The translations under genes were made by a program, and so were the position numbers. DNA of 64,000 bases, from assembly GCA_002269645.1 (NCBI GenBank), contig NIVC01001104.1, forward strand, positions 62,001 through 126,000, read 5' to 3'. The stretch is from Macrostomum lignano. Lineage: Eukaryota. A model generated the notes under the pieces. It was given only the letters and a program-made list of their open reading frames with translations, did not search any database and was not told the origin of the DNA. Each line of letters starts with the position of its first letter. Within the stretch, counting starts at the first letter, position 1. Shown in pieces: positions 51,307-63,699 of the stretch.

Positions 51307-53396
51307 CTCGATCTGAAAGTAGAATTTCGAATCTAATTATTTATAGACTTGCATGCTGTTCTTACAGTGTAATCAGTGTTGTGCCTTTAGAATAACTTTC
51401 TTGCTAAATTCAACTTTAATTTTTTATCAGTTTCTACAATATCCAAATTCATAGCTATATCTAAAACATATCATTATTAACATGAGAGTTTTTAAGGAGG
51501 GTAATGTTTTTAAACAGGAACTATTCCCACGGGAATACCTTGATTTCATAGGAATAGAAAGGTAGAAAGAACTAACAATATGATAGTCTATAAATATTTG
51601 TTATAACTCAATGTCAAAGACTATAATAAGACTATTTCTCTGATAGAAAGACATTGTAATCATAGAAGTCTTCTCATGCATGAGTCTTTTAATGAGTTAT
51701 ATTTTATTCTAAAATAAATTATAAAGTATTTTAAAATAGTTTAATACTTGAAAATAACCAAATATATAAACTTTGTCTTATTCAAGAATAGTTTAAAACT
51801 TGTTATTATAAATCTGAATATATTTCAATGCATAGTCTCTAAAAGTAAGTTTCATAATTTTTTTCAATAGAATGGTTTCAAAAATGCTCTAAAAACTACA
51901 AAATGCTTGATGAGTAGACTAGACTGGAATAGATGTTAGATTAGAGTAGAATCTAGAAGAGAATAACTTTTGCAATTGTAATATATCTGTGTATCTAATT
52001 TAAAAGTAAAGAATTTTGTATTTACTTTATCTCTGAGCTGTATTTGTATTATAGTATTTCTATAGTATTTCTCTTTTATTGTACTTTCTACTGTATTTTT
52101 TTATGTAATGTTGCGTAATTGTTTTATAATGTAGTTTTGTTTTAACAAACAATATTATTATTAATTAATATATAATAAATTGTTAATGATTCACTCATAA
52201 GAGATTGCTACTTTGATTTGGCACTTTCGGCTGAGAATTCAAAAACAGGCTCCACGGTATTCATTTCGTTACACAATGCAGGAGCAAAGTATTATGAATA
52301 TTCTTCTAAAACGTTTTAAACAAAAATGCTAACTTGCATTCATGAATATGTCTTTTACAAATTTTTTTACAAGCCACAATTCAAGACATACAGTAAATGG
52401 TACCTTAACGTCAATAGTCACTAACTAAAGTAGACTCGTAATGCTAAGAAATCTGTTATATTGAATTTGATTTAAAATAAATATTTGAGTCCTGAATTCG
52501 CACCATGTTTCGAGTTTTGAATGTGCGACGAGTGTATTATTTTCTGAACTTCCGTGAAAGCTTTTCAAAGTCTTACTGCTGAATGTAGATCAGTTTCTAG
52601 GATAATTATGAATTCAAAAATATTTTAGTCAGTAGATTAAACAAAAAGTAACTACAATTTAGAATAAAATCTAATATAATTTATTATAAAGTCAAATATA
52701 ATTTGCAGTCCAAAAATGCAAAAACATGCATGTGTATACTTGACATTTGAAAAAATTGTGTTCCTTAGCTAAGTACGCAACTCACGTTACTTTAGGAAAT
52801 ACATGTACCAGATGAGGACGCACCTTTTTTCAATCTTAGAACCGCACATTTTGCTTCGATGCGCTTTTCCCCTACTGTCAGTAGGCTAGCTTAGGAATTT
52901 CTCTCCATTCTCTCATCTAGGCTAAGTTCTTTACTATTTTATGCCATTACTATTAGTTATGTTAGAAACTCAATGTACTTCTCTTAGGATTCTAATTTTG
53001 GATCGTTTACGCACCTTTGAAGGTCAGACTGTCTGGGTTTGAGATGGATTGACCTCCAACAGTCTAGACAGGCGACACTAAGTCTGGGAGGAACGTTTTC
53101 AACCTCGTTCTGACCCCCAGATTTGTGGCTTTTTTTACTGTTTTCGGTGATTTATGGCCGTCTAGCTGTCACTTTTGGCTCCAGCCTGTCTGGGTCAAAG
53201 AGGTCTTTCCAGCTTTCCCCACTCGCTCTGTTGCTTTCTCCTTTAATTTATGGGCTTTTTGCTGTCACTTTTGGCGCCAGGATGTCTAGACAAGTGACTT
53301 TTATTATGTTTTGCTTATGATTTATGACCGCGCCTGTCAACTTCCTTGGGGTCTGAAGGCCACCTGGTGGGGTAGGTTTTGGGGTCTTGAGCTCAG

Positions 53397-53528
53397 CCAA
53401 TCAGAGTCGACCTGACTGCCCCCGGCTCGACCAATCAGAAAATTTGGCGCCTATTTTAACAAAAGCTCTCAGCCAATCGGAAAATTCAGCGTGAGTTATA
53501 ACAAATCGGCCGCGTGAGAGCTATAAAA
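53397..53528 (+). promoter_or_regulatory. Pol II promoter-like cluster: three CCAAT boxes plus TATAAAA
   Basis: CCAAT at 53397, 53431 and 53473 in NF-Y-type context (e.g. AGCCAATCAG), TATAAAAG at 53522, then GC-rich sequence. No downstream ORF. Confidence 0.5.
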
Positions 53529-55689
53529 GGCGGCAACTCGACCCGCGCTCGAGTAACCTCCTCCCTGCTGCTTCCCCGACCCTTCGGGCGGTTTCCGGAC
53601 TTGCTGGTATCTGATTCCGGCTGCCCCTTCGGCATCTGAGCCCCCTTCCCCCGGCAGTTTCGGCTTCAGCAGCTAAGTTTTCCCTCGGCAAGTGAAGAGT
53701 AGCGGCGGCAATCGTCAGTTAAGATCAGCAGCAGCATCCCGTCTGAGCGCTTCGGTCTCTGTGGATTCCTTGGCTACCGGCAGATAGGCCCTCTGATTGG
53801 TTTGGTGAGAGGCTTTCTTGACCTGCTTAACTGGGTGCACCCTTTGACTGACCCCTCCCTAGGTAGTCTGATAGGATTTGCGGTTTTGCTTACTTGCTTT
53901 TGTGTGCCAATCTCGAGGCAGAAGTGTTAGTTAATATTAAAATTAGCCATTTGCTCTAATTCAATCTAAAGTGTTTAGGATTGCGGATTAAGTAAGAAAG
54001 TTAAATCTGAAAGTTAAAGACTTAGCGTTTTCTTTCTTTTTCGCAATGCCAGCTGAGATGAGCGGCTAGATCTAGGGGCAGAGGTCACAGTGGACCGGAA
54101 GCGACACAGTTCCCAGTCAATCAGTCGATCTAAGAAATCATTATGTTAAGCATGCAAACTAAGAGCCAGACTGGCGCTTTGGCGCGGTCACAGGCAGTTA
54201 AGCGGCTAAAGTAAGTTAAATATTAGTCTAAAGATCTCCGAAAGTGACAATACATCTACATCATCGCTATCTGTCGACGTGTTAACACATTTAGTGCCAA
54301 AAGCGTGCAGTTGCGTGTACTGATACATGTACTTCTGGGAATTTGGTAATGAAATAGTACAGTTAGTAGTGTATAGAGGCTCGCCAGCGCAAGAACCCCC
54401 TGCAGAAGTCCTCTCTGTCCCTGCATGGCCAATGCGATCTTAGTCCCAGAAGCGTCCCTTCTATTCGGCTATGACTTCGAGATGGACAGCTAAAAGGCAC
54501 TAGATGGCAGGTAAGTGCAGTGCCCCTCTAGTCGGAAGTCCGATTTCGATAGCTCCGGTTTGGTGAGCCGGGGCGCACGGACTGGTGGCAGCGGGTTAGT
54601 TAATCCGCGGGTTTAGCTAATTTCTACCTTTCAAATTCTCCCTGCTTGTCTCTCGCTGTCTTCTCCAAGCTATAGAACCTTGCTGCTCGCCCACAATCTA
54701 GCTACGATGGGGCTGATCATCTGACAGGAGTGAGAGGCCAGAGTTCTAAGTGATTAATTTCTGAGTTCTGAGGCCCGAAGCTACAGGCTTAAAAAGGCCG
54801 AACCCATCATACCGTTATAATATTTCATGTAGGTATAGTTACGGGATTTTCGACAAGAGAAAACGCTGAATAAATATAAGTACGGTGGATCTAAGTACCG
54901 GATCTAAAACAAAAAACTGCAGCCTGACTGAAAATTATGTACATGTACATGTTACAATGTAAACATGTACATATATATTAGCAGCTATAATGGATAAGCT
55001 ATATAGTCTCTAATCTAAGCTACTCTAAGCTATATAGTTTGCTACTACGCAGTCAGCTGCACCGTTTGGAGCCCCTCATTTGTTTGTTGCATTTGTTTTC
55101 GATTAAATGTGCAGTATATAGTCCCGAATAAAAAATTTCTACATGATGGAGCCATCAACTTTCTTTTCTTCGATATGTCCATTTAGTCGCCGCCATCAAG
55201 GACCACCCTACATGTAGAAGTTATTCCGGAAAGTCTAGTGGTCCTTTGTCGCCACTTTGGCCGATTAACTCACCTGTGGGCAAAGAACATATACATAAGG
55301 CATGTACATATACAGCTTATTTCGGCTGTACTCACAACAAAAATTGCAAAATGCAAAAAATGCGGTCATGCATGTATAATCTAAAAAAATATTGTAGACA
55401 AATGATTTCTAAGAATCTGAATTATTGAGACACGCGCGCTCTTCATCAGCCGCGATTGTAAGGCACAGATTCCATGAGGAGAATTTAGCGAAAGACAGCT
55501 GCAGCGCTTTCTCAGAAGCGTATCACCGCGTCTCCTGATTCGTCTATGTTTTATTGCAAAATCTAATAATGCTTTGCGTTGCATTATTTCACATGTACTC
55601 CATACAGATAATAGCTCTATAAATACATGTATATAATAATGTGTCAGATCACCTTCATATATGTACAGTGAAATCAAGGCCTTAGATTG

Positions 55690-55800
55690 CATGACAGTGT
55701 ACACAGCCTTCAAGATGCGCTGCGCAATAGCTGCAGCTGAGCTGTTGGTTGCACATCTGGCCCTGCAACTAATTGGGCAGGTGTAATCAATTATAGTATT
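55690..55800 (+). mobile_element. 3' fragment of the same SINE family
   Basis: GCTGAGCTGTTGGTTGCACATCTGG...GGCAGGTGTAATCAATTAT matches the 3' ends of SINE copies 1 and 2. Confidence 0.7.
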
Positions 55801-56229
55801 ATTACTACTCGTATTGTCTACGGTAAAACCCCATTTGACAGGGGCAGAGCCGCTCAGTGGTAAGGGATATCTTGCGATTAACAAATTCAAGGCGAAGAGA
55901 ATGTTCATGCCTACTAATGATTAGAAAGTCAGGGCCGCTGTCTGTGTGTGTGAATGAGTGCGCCTGCGTACAGTGCATGGCGCGCTTGTAAGTGTGCTCA
56001 GCAGGACTCAGCGGAATGGGCGGAATGCCTCAGCGCTGGTTGTAGGACGATGTCGCTGGACGAGTTGGCTGAAGATACATGTAGCAAAATTTTAGAAGAG
56101 TTGTAGAATTCGGATAATTTGAAAAGCAGCAGCCATTTCGGTTGCTACGAGCGTAAGTTCGCACTTTCATTTGCTTTTCCGTGTCTTCAAATATTTTTTC
56201 TGACAAAATTTATTGACTAAATTGGTTGT

Positions 56230-57630
56230 CTGAGGTCATGTCCTCAGATAGCCTTTTGCATAAATTTGTCTCTGAGGTCATGTCCTCAGATAGCCTGTTG
56301 CATAAATTTGTCTGAGGTCATGTCCTCATGCAGATAGCCTGTTGCATAAATTTGTCGGGGAGGCTTCACAAGCGCTAATTTTCATAAGCGCTAACTCACC
56401 TACTTTCGCAAGCGCTAAACTTCACAAACGCTAAACTTCAGAATAGCGAAATCACCTACTTTCACAAGCGCTAAACTTCACAAGCGCAAAACTTCATACA
56501 AATTAGCATATTTCAAATTAGCTACGAATTTGTCACCTACTTTCACAAGCGCTAAACTTCACAAACGCTAAACCTCACAACCGCTAAAACACAAATGTCG
56601 CCTACTTTCACAAGCGCTAAACTTCACAAACGCTAAACCTCACAACCGCTAAAACACAAATGTCGCCTACTTTCACAAGCGCTAAACTTCACAAACGCTA
56701 AACCTCACAACCGCTAAAACACAAATGTCGCCTACTTTCACAAGCGCTAAACTTCACAAACGCTAACCTTTACAATCCCCAAAACGCGAATGTCGGCTTC
56801 TTTTACAAGCGCTAAAATGTTAATTTACTATATATACTAATATACTATACTAATATACTATACTAATATACTAATATACTATTTTAGCGCTTGTGAAAGT
56901 AGACGACATTCGTGCTTAGCGTTTGTGAAGTTTTGCGCTTGTGAAGTTTAGCGCTTGTGAAAGTAGCCGACATTCGTATTTTAGCGGTTTTTAACGTTTA
57001 GCGTTTGTGAAGTTTAGCGCTTGTGAAAGTAGGCGACATTTGTGTTTTAGCGGTTGTGAAGTTTAGCGTTAGTAAAGTTTAGCGCTTGTGAAAGTAGGTG
57101 ACAAATTCGTAGCTTGTCCTCAGATAGCCTGTAGCATAAATTTGTCTCTCAGGTCATGTCCTCAGATAGCCTGTAGCATAAATTTGTCTCTCAGGTCATG
57201 TCCTCAGATAGCCTGTAGCATAAATTTGTCTCTCAGGTCATGTCCTCAGATAGCCTGTAGCATAAATTTGTCTCTCAGGTCATGTCCTCAGATAGCCTGT
57301 AGCATAAATTTGTCTCTCAGGTCATGTCCTCAGATAGCCTGTAGCATAAATTTGTCTCTCAGGTCATGTCCTCAGATAGCCTGTAGCATAAATTTGTCTC
57401 TCAGGTCATGTCCTCAGATAGCCTGTAGCATAAATTTGTCTCTCAGGTCATGTCCTCAGATAGCCTGTAGCATAAATTTGTCTCTCAGGTCATGTCCTCA
57501 GATAGCCTGTAGCATAAATTTGTCTCTCAGGTCATGTCCTCAGATAGCCTGTAGCATAAATTTGTCTCTCAGGTCATGTCCTCAGATAGCCTGTTGCATA
57601 AATTTGTCTGAGGTCATGTCCTCTCAGATA
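56230..57630. repeat. 42-nt minisatellite (CAGATAGCCTGTAGCATAAATTTGTCTCTCAGGTCATGTCCT) split by a foldback element
   Basis: Units at about 56230-56355 and 57115-57630. Confidence 0.93.
56520..57114. mobile_element. Foldback/MITE-like element with modular inverted arms
   Basis: Perfect 39-bp inverted termini AGCTACGAATTTGTCACCTACTTTCACAAGCGCTAAACT (56520-56558 / 57076-57114), repeated CACAAGCGCTAA modules in both arms, and a TATACTAA-rich centre. No clear TSD. Confidence 0.7.
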
Positions 57631-58093
57631 GCTAGTCTGTTGCCTAAGTTAGTGCCCTGTGTCCTTGGAAAGTTTGCCGTCTAAATCTAAAATCCATTAC
57701 TTCAAATAATCCAGTGCAGAATATACCGTATAGACTGCTACTACGAGTACTATGCTCGTAATTCCAATACTCTGTTCACGTTACATACTCAGGCGCCATA
57801 TCGCTTACGTTGAAACGGCAAAAGTCAAAAGAAGAAGCAGGATTCTAACGATTATATTCTCAGCTGTACCACTGACAATTCATTTGCGATCTTATTTATT
57901 CAATTTTCAATTTAGCTCGTAAATGGATCGGGTTTGAGAAGGGATTTGGTTTCAGGTCATTATAGGCTCTGGGGATACCACGTTGCCTGAATAAACAAGG
58001 TGAAAAAATCCAAGTCCTGTTCACTACAAATACGTTCGATTGAATAGTGCATCATTCGGAAAGCTTTCTTTGAAATTTATCATTCACTCGAAA

Positions 58094-58999
58094 ATGCCTC
58101 TGGTGCAACGCTTTCAGTTGCTGTTCTCTGCAGCAATAGTGCTGCTGCTGCTTCTGTCAGTCGCTGTCATTCGCATATTCAACAACTTTCCTATTAGTCA
58201 CAGAATCGCAGGAATTGGAAACATTAATGTTGGCCAGTCGAAAGCTGCAGCTCCGACCCCGAGGTGGCACAAAGGTCACGCGCTAAGCAATATAAACTTA
58301 AATCAGCTGTCTGCTGTTGAGCTTGAGAATCTTTACTTCAACGTGACTGACGAGCTACAGATCGCCTGTCCAACCAGTGTCCGAGTTGGAGACGCTCTGG
58401 ATGGAGGCTGGGATGTCTGCATCAGCGAGCCCTTCAACATCGGCAAGTCCTGCGTGGCGTTCTCGTTCGGCATCAACAACGTCTGGAGCTACGACGACGA
58501 GCTGTCGGGCCGGTTCGGCTGCAAGGTGTACATGTTCGACCCAAGCATGCCGGTGCCGGATCACCAGCGAAGCCGGTCCGCCTGGTTCTACCAGGTGGGC
58601 CTCTGGGGCAACAAGAGCAGCGAGGGGAGCTCAGGCTGGAGGATGCGCACACTGTGCGAGCTGTTCGTGGATCTCGGCTTCAGTGACGGCAAAGTGGACA
58701 TCGTCAAAGTGGACATCGAATACTGGGAGTGGGACAGTCTTGACCGGGCCATCAGTGAAGGCTGCCTGAGGCGGGTCAAGCAGCTGATTTTCGAGTCTCA
58801 CACTGCCGAGATGCGCGGCCAAGGCTCGGACTATGCGAAATTTCTGCGAGTGTGGCGGCGCCTCTTTGATCTCGGCTTTCGCGTCTGGCACTCGCACAGG
58901 AATCCGCAGTCGGTATTCTTTGAAGGCCTGTCGGGCATCGTCAGGGCCTGCTGCTACGAGCACTACTTGATTAACACCAACTTTCTGTCCGCGTCATAA
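58094..58999 (+). CDS. METTL24: METTL24-like (Methyltransf_22/FkbM-related) methyltransferase with N-terminal membrane anchor, 301 aa, single exon
   Basis: ATG at 58094 followed by hydrophobic LLFSAAIVLLLLLSVAVI. RVGDALDGGWDVC, CVAFSFGINNVWSYD, GCKVYMFDP, VDIVKVDIEYWEW, VKQLIFESH, GFRVWHSHRNP and CCYEHYLIN are typical of this family. Confidence 0.82.
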   Translation: MPLVQRFQLLFSAAIVLLLLLSVAVIRIFNNFPISHRIAGIGNINVGQSKAAAPTPRWHKGHALSNINLNQLSAVELENLYFNVTDELQIACPTSVRVGDALDGGWDVCISEPFNIGKSCVAFSFGINNVWSYDDELSGRFGCKVYMFDPSMPVPDHQRSRSAWFYQVGLWGNKSSEGSSGWRMRTLCELFVDLGFSDGKVDIVKVDIEYWEWDSLDRAISEGCLRRVKQLIFESHTAEMRGQGSDYAKFLRVWRRLFDLGFRVWHSHRNPQSVFFEGLSGIVRACCYEHYLINTNFLSAS

Positions 59000-59129
59000 A
59001 TCTATAGATTGATAAATTAGAGAAATTAATGAGTCAATAAAATTAGGCTGCCTAAAAGTAATTCGCCATTATAGATATTACGCAAACAAATTATTTTTGG
59101 GTCCACGACAATTGACACTTTAGGTTAGT

Positions 59130-59350
59130 AGGGTGAGCGTTGGGGTTTAGGCTGGGGTTTGGGTTTTAGGTTAGGGCTAGGTTTTTGTTTAGCGTTGGGG
59201 TTTAGGCTGGGGTTCGGGTTTTAGGTTAGGGCTAGGTTTTTGTTTAGCGTTGGGGTTTGGGCTGGGGTTCGGGTTTTAGGTTAGGGCTGAGGGCTTTAGT
59301 TAAGGTTGAGTTTTATAAACTCAAGTTTAGGATAAGGTTTAGGTTAGGGT
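59130..59350. repeat. Telomere-like TTAGGG-rich degenerate repeat with a duplicated unit of about 59 nt
   Basis: GGTTAGGG / GGGTTTAGG motifs. AGCGTTGGGGTTTAGGCTGGGGTT occurs 2-3 times. Confidence 0.7.
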
Positions 59351-60298
59351 TATTATGTTTATCAGTTAATTTGGAGCAATCAAATTGCCACAGCCAGTTA
59401 TCGTGTTCCCATTATATTCCAGGGCCTCATCCATGCATGCAGCTATATTCTTCCGTGACAGTGATTAAAGTGAATGAAGTATTCATTTCAGTGAGGCAAA
59501 CTGTAGTTATTATACCTGGTGGTGCTTCCGACATTTAAAACCCAAAATTATTGACAAATTATAGTTTGAAATCTGCTTGAATGTGGCAGTTCTCTCTCTG
59601 ACAAGCACATTAAAGTATACATCTGCATCATACCGTACATACTACCTAACGGAATGATAGAAGTAATATAGTTAGAAAGGACGGAGTAAAAAATACGAAA
59701 ACAAAATACGGTAGAATATATACGCGTAACAGCCTCCACTCTTGATTTTAGTGACGCAAGCAAATTCGTTACTTTTGAATTTTTTCACACGAAAATAACA
59801 AAATAAAAAAGGCCCATTTGGACAAGTCGACAAAAAAGCAAGCAAAATGAAACGTGACGGACACACGGAGAGACGGGAGGTCTAAGAGTTTTGTAAAAAA
59901 ATGAAAAGAAAACCATTGGAAACAATGGAGCAAACAGGATTGAAGTGTGTTACAGTTGGAATTTAGTCATCAAGGCCAAATAATAGAAAATACTACTTTC
60001 GATTTGGGCGTCTGTTTGGCGTCTTGTTAAATAAATTTGCGCGCTGAGGTGAAATAAAAAACTACCCCCAATTTATTGTCTTCCTCAAAATGTACATTGT
60101 GACGACAACGACATCAAGTCGGTTAATTTATCCAGCCTCTTTATCTGTTTCTTTTCTTCTCTTACTGAAATTTGAAATTCTAACGGAGAATTCAGATAAA
60201 TTTAGATAGCCATGCGCGCTCATATGCCCAAAAGAAAGTAGACTAAGCGCTTTTTGCAAGAAAATTAAACGAGAAGCCCATCTACTGTAGTCCTTCCT

Positions 60299-61012
60299 CT
60301 AGAAGATGCCAGCGGGCACTGGACGGCCGCGGCGCAGGATCAGCGGCTCCAGCAGGCCGCCTGGCGGCAGCTGGGTGGCCAGCTTCTCGGCCACGAACTC
60401 CGTCCGGGAGGAGACGCCACCGCCACCTCCGCCGCTGCGCTTTGTGGCGGCGGCTGCCGGGGCCAGGCCGAGTTCGCTGAGGCGCTCGCTGACCAGGCCG
60501 CCGCCGCTGCCGCGTTTGCCAGCGGACGAAGGCGCACCGCCGGAAGCTGACGACGCTCGCAACGGTTTCCGCTCAACCGTGCCCGGCTGGCCAGCGCGGC
60601 CGAGACTGGCCGGTTCGGGGCCCAGGCCGACCCTGGCCGCCATGTGCAGCAGTTCCAGCAGGCTCACCAACATTTTGCGACGGAGTATGACCGCCTCAGC
60701 TTCTGTCATCTCTTCGTCCGGCGTTAAAGTTGAAAATGCGTCAGACACGGCGCGTTCCGACTGGCGCAGCAGGCGCTGGAACCGCCTGTGGATGCGCGCG
60801 GTCTGGCGGGCCAGCTCGGCCAGGCGGTCCAGTTCGGTTAGCTGGTTGGATGTCTCGGTGCGCATAGCAACTAACTCCTGGGACTGTGACTCGGCCTGGG
60901 CGCCGAGCAGGCTGTGCTCGGACTGCACGGAGTCGCCGGCCTCGGCTCGCTCCTCCATGTCGATTAGTTGAGTGTCGCGGTCGCGACACACGTCGGCGAG
61001 GCTGCGGATTGT
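60299..61012 (-). CDS. Terminal exon of a coiled-coil protein, tentatively CFAP157-like (partial)
   Basis: Acceptor AAATCGCAG at 61013, phase 0, open to TAG at 60299 (237 aa). GC-rich codon-like composition, a coiled-coil N-half, and RRKMLVSLLELLHMAARVGLGP, which resembles invertebrate CFAP157 C-terminal segments (from memory). Confidence 0.55.
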   Translation of the reverse strand, partial: TIRSLADVCRDRDTQLIDMEERAEAGDSVQSEHSLLGAQAESQSQELVAMRTETSNQLTELDRLAELARQTARIHRRFQRLLRQSERAVSDAFSTLTPDEEMTEAEAVILRRKMLVSLLELLHMAARVGLGPEPASLGRAGQPGTVERKPLRASSASGGAPSSAGKRGSGGGLVSERLSELGLAPAAAATKRSGGGGGGVSSRTEFVAEKLATQLPPGGLLEPLILRRGRPVPAGIF

Positions 61013-61913
61013 CTGCGATTTAAAAAAAAGGAAATAAAAAATTGTTTCTTAAAAAAATTATTATCAATGCAGAGGCTGCGTCTTTGGAGGTGACATACGA
61101 CTCGTAGAATGGGCCAGAGGGCATCACAAATTCGGAATATCACAAACCCGAAATATCAAAAACCCGAAATATCAAAAACCCGAAATATCAAAAACCCGAA
61201 ATATCACAAACGACAAACCCGCTAGCACTTTCGGTGCTATGATATATCGAGCCTATGATGAACAATGCTTTTCGGAGTTGTGATTTTTCAGGTTTAGTGA
61301 TGGTGGGCGACCCGGGGCCAGTACCGGTCGGGAGCCGCGACCTTTTGCTCTTCCCTGCCGAGCAGCATCAACCAAAATAACCATTTGACTTTCACTTTTA
61401 CATCGCAAAACAACGCTCGTATTGTCTGTCCAGTGAAAAACCAGACCAAGTGGCACTTAAAAAAACTTCAGTTCACTTCAGTTAAACTATTGTACATGTA
61501 TAGTTTGTAGCAGTCTGTATTCCAATGACAGACTCAGAGGGGGTTTTCAAAATTGATGTAAAACTGACTAGGCAGCAAGCTCTGCTCTGGTGAGGTATTG
61601 CAGATAATTAATTACAAAGAAATTTACATTCAATCAACGTGAAAACTGTACAGAAAAACTTGTTAGACGAGATGTACTAAGAAGCTATTTCTAAATGTAC
61701 ATTGCATTGTACATTCACTATAAATGGGTGTTTGAGGAAGGGGGGTCATAAAACCCAAAACAAACCCCCCAAACCCAAGCACCCCAAAGTTATAAAATTC
61801 TACGCCAGGACCCAACAATTGGCTTCAATAGAATGCCTGCTGAACCAAATCGAAGTTAAATAGGCACTTTTTTGTTGAACCAAGACTTGGGACTCGCAAA
61901 CAAGAAGCAAGAA

Positions 61914-63651
61914 ATGTCCTTAATCAGCTATGACGACCAATTCGACGGCGAGAAGACGCGCTCGTCGCACAGCCGACAAAAAAAACAGTTGCAAGTTTCC
62001 GTCATGGCTTGTCCGGCTTTTGATCCGATCCAGAGACAGTCTTATAGACAAATTGAACTGACTGTGTCTACGGTAAGCGACTTGCATGTACGAGTAGCGT
62101 ACGATTTCGCATTGAGTCGAGTTGTGCATTTACAATGCGTAAAACTGCCCGAATAACGACATGAAATACTAGAGCGGAGGTTGGCCAACGTTTTTACCAC
62201 AAGGGCCAGATAGAGAACCTAGGTCATAACTGCGGACCGGAGGAGGGAAGAGGAGGGAATAAAGAAGGGGGAGATAGGGAGAAAGAGGCTTGAAGCGAGG
62301 GAATTAACGAGAAAAGAGAAGACGAGAGGAAAGAACAAGAAGAGATGAATTGGGAGAGGAGAGAAGAGGAGAGAGGAGAGGAGAGGAGAGGAGAGGAGAG
62401 GAGAGGAGAGGAGAGGAGAGGAGAAGGGAGAGGAGAAGGGAGAGAGTAAAGTAGAGGAGAGGAGAGGAGAGAGGGGAGAGAGTAGAGTAGAGGAGAGGAG
62501 CAGGGAGGAGAGGAGAGGGGAGAGAGTAAAGTAGAGTAGAGAAGAGGAGAGGAGAGAAGAGGATAAGAGAGAAGAGGAGAGGAGAGGAGAGAGGAGAGGG
62601 GAGAGGAGAGGGGAGAGGAGAGGGGAGAGAGTAGAGTAGAGAAGAGGAGAGGAGAGAAGAGGAGAGGAGAGGAGAGGGGAGAGGAGAGGGGAGAGTAGAG
62701 GGGAGAGAGTAGAGTAGAGAAGAGGAGAGTAGAGAAGAGGAGAGGAGAGAAGAGGAGAGGAGAGGAGAGGGGAGAGGAGAGGGGAGAGTAGAGGGGAGAG
62801 AGTAGAGTAGAGTAGAGAAGAGGAGAGAAGAGGAGAGGAGAAAGGAAAGAGTAGAGTAGAGGAGAGGAGAGGAGAGAGGAGATTAGATAGAAGAGCGCTG
62901 AGAAGAGATATAAGCACTGAGCGGGCCGGATTTTGCTGACCCCTGTTAACTAGAGACTCAATTTTCTTCTGTACTTTCTAAAAAATAGAATTTTTCTCGT
63001 TTTGGCGTTCGTTAAAATTCAAATCTAGCTCAAATTTCGTGTCAAACGGTATTGTTAAATAAACAATCGTTAGGCAGTTAACACAGCTAAATATTTTATT
63101 AATTGTGTTTTTTTTTAAAGCTGTTTTCCGAATTACTAAAAACGACAATTTTACAGTCCCAATGTTTGGCGCCAATTTGAATAAAATAAAATAAAATAAA
63201 ATGGAATACGATCCTTTGGCGCCTGGTATTACGAGTAACTGCATCACCATATAGCGCAGGCGCTCTAAACTTCATTCATCAAGGGGCCAATCGCATCCGG
63301 CACGTTCGGCTCCGTGTACCGAGGCCGCCTGTCCGAGTCAGGCGAGTCGGTGGCTCTCAAGCGGGTGCTGCAGGATCCGCGCTACAAAAATCGGGAACTG
63401 CGCACTCTGTACACACTTGGTGAGCACGAGAATCTGGTGCGACTGCGCTACCACTACTACTGCCGGGGCAAGATGGACCCGGGCAAGCTCTATTTGCACC
63501 TGGTTACTGAGCTCTTCCCGGAGAGTCTGTTAGACTTGCTGGCAAGATACAGGAAAGCTGAGACCTTGCCTTCCATGCTCAAAGTGCGAATCTTTGCCTA
63601 CCAGCTTCTGCGAGCTATCAATTATATGCATTCGCATCGCATCTGCCACAG
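61914..63651 (+). CDS. GSK3: Divergent GSK3/shaggy-like Ser/Thr kinase, exons 1-2 (continues beyond window)
   Basis: Exons 61914-62072 (phase 0) and 63284-63651 (donor AG|GTGAG at HR|). VSVMACPAFDP, GTFGSVY, VALKRVLQDPRYKNREL, NLVRLRY, LYLHLV and YQLLRAINYMHSHRICHR. Confidence 0.85.
62175..62945. mobile_element. Possible hAT-type MITE filled with a GA-rich microsatellite (about 62240-62880), GSK3 intron 1
   Basis: Left CGGAGGTTGGCCAAC...GGGCCAGA and right GCGGGCCGGATTTTGCTGACCCCTG. Flanks share ACTAGAG but are offset, so the TSD is imperfect. Confidence 0.45.
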
Positions 63652-63699
63652 GTGAGCGGCTGATGACGGAGCAGCTGGGACCATCTGGGACAGCGTCAG

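Noticed and set aside
53018-54910. Calling this block a solo LTR
   Set aside because: Candidate TG and CA ends have no matching TSD, PBS or PPT. Kept only as an orphan-promoter finding.
55381-55908. 175-aa minus-strand ORF
   Set aside because: Overlaps the antisense of a SINE fragment, has no recognisable motif and has AT-rich non-coding composition.
61120-61310. Small imperfect inverted element with AAACCCGAAATATCA repeats
   Set aside because: The arms are too divergent and there is no TSD, so boundaries cannot be defined.
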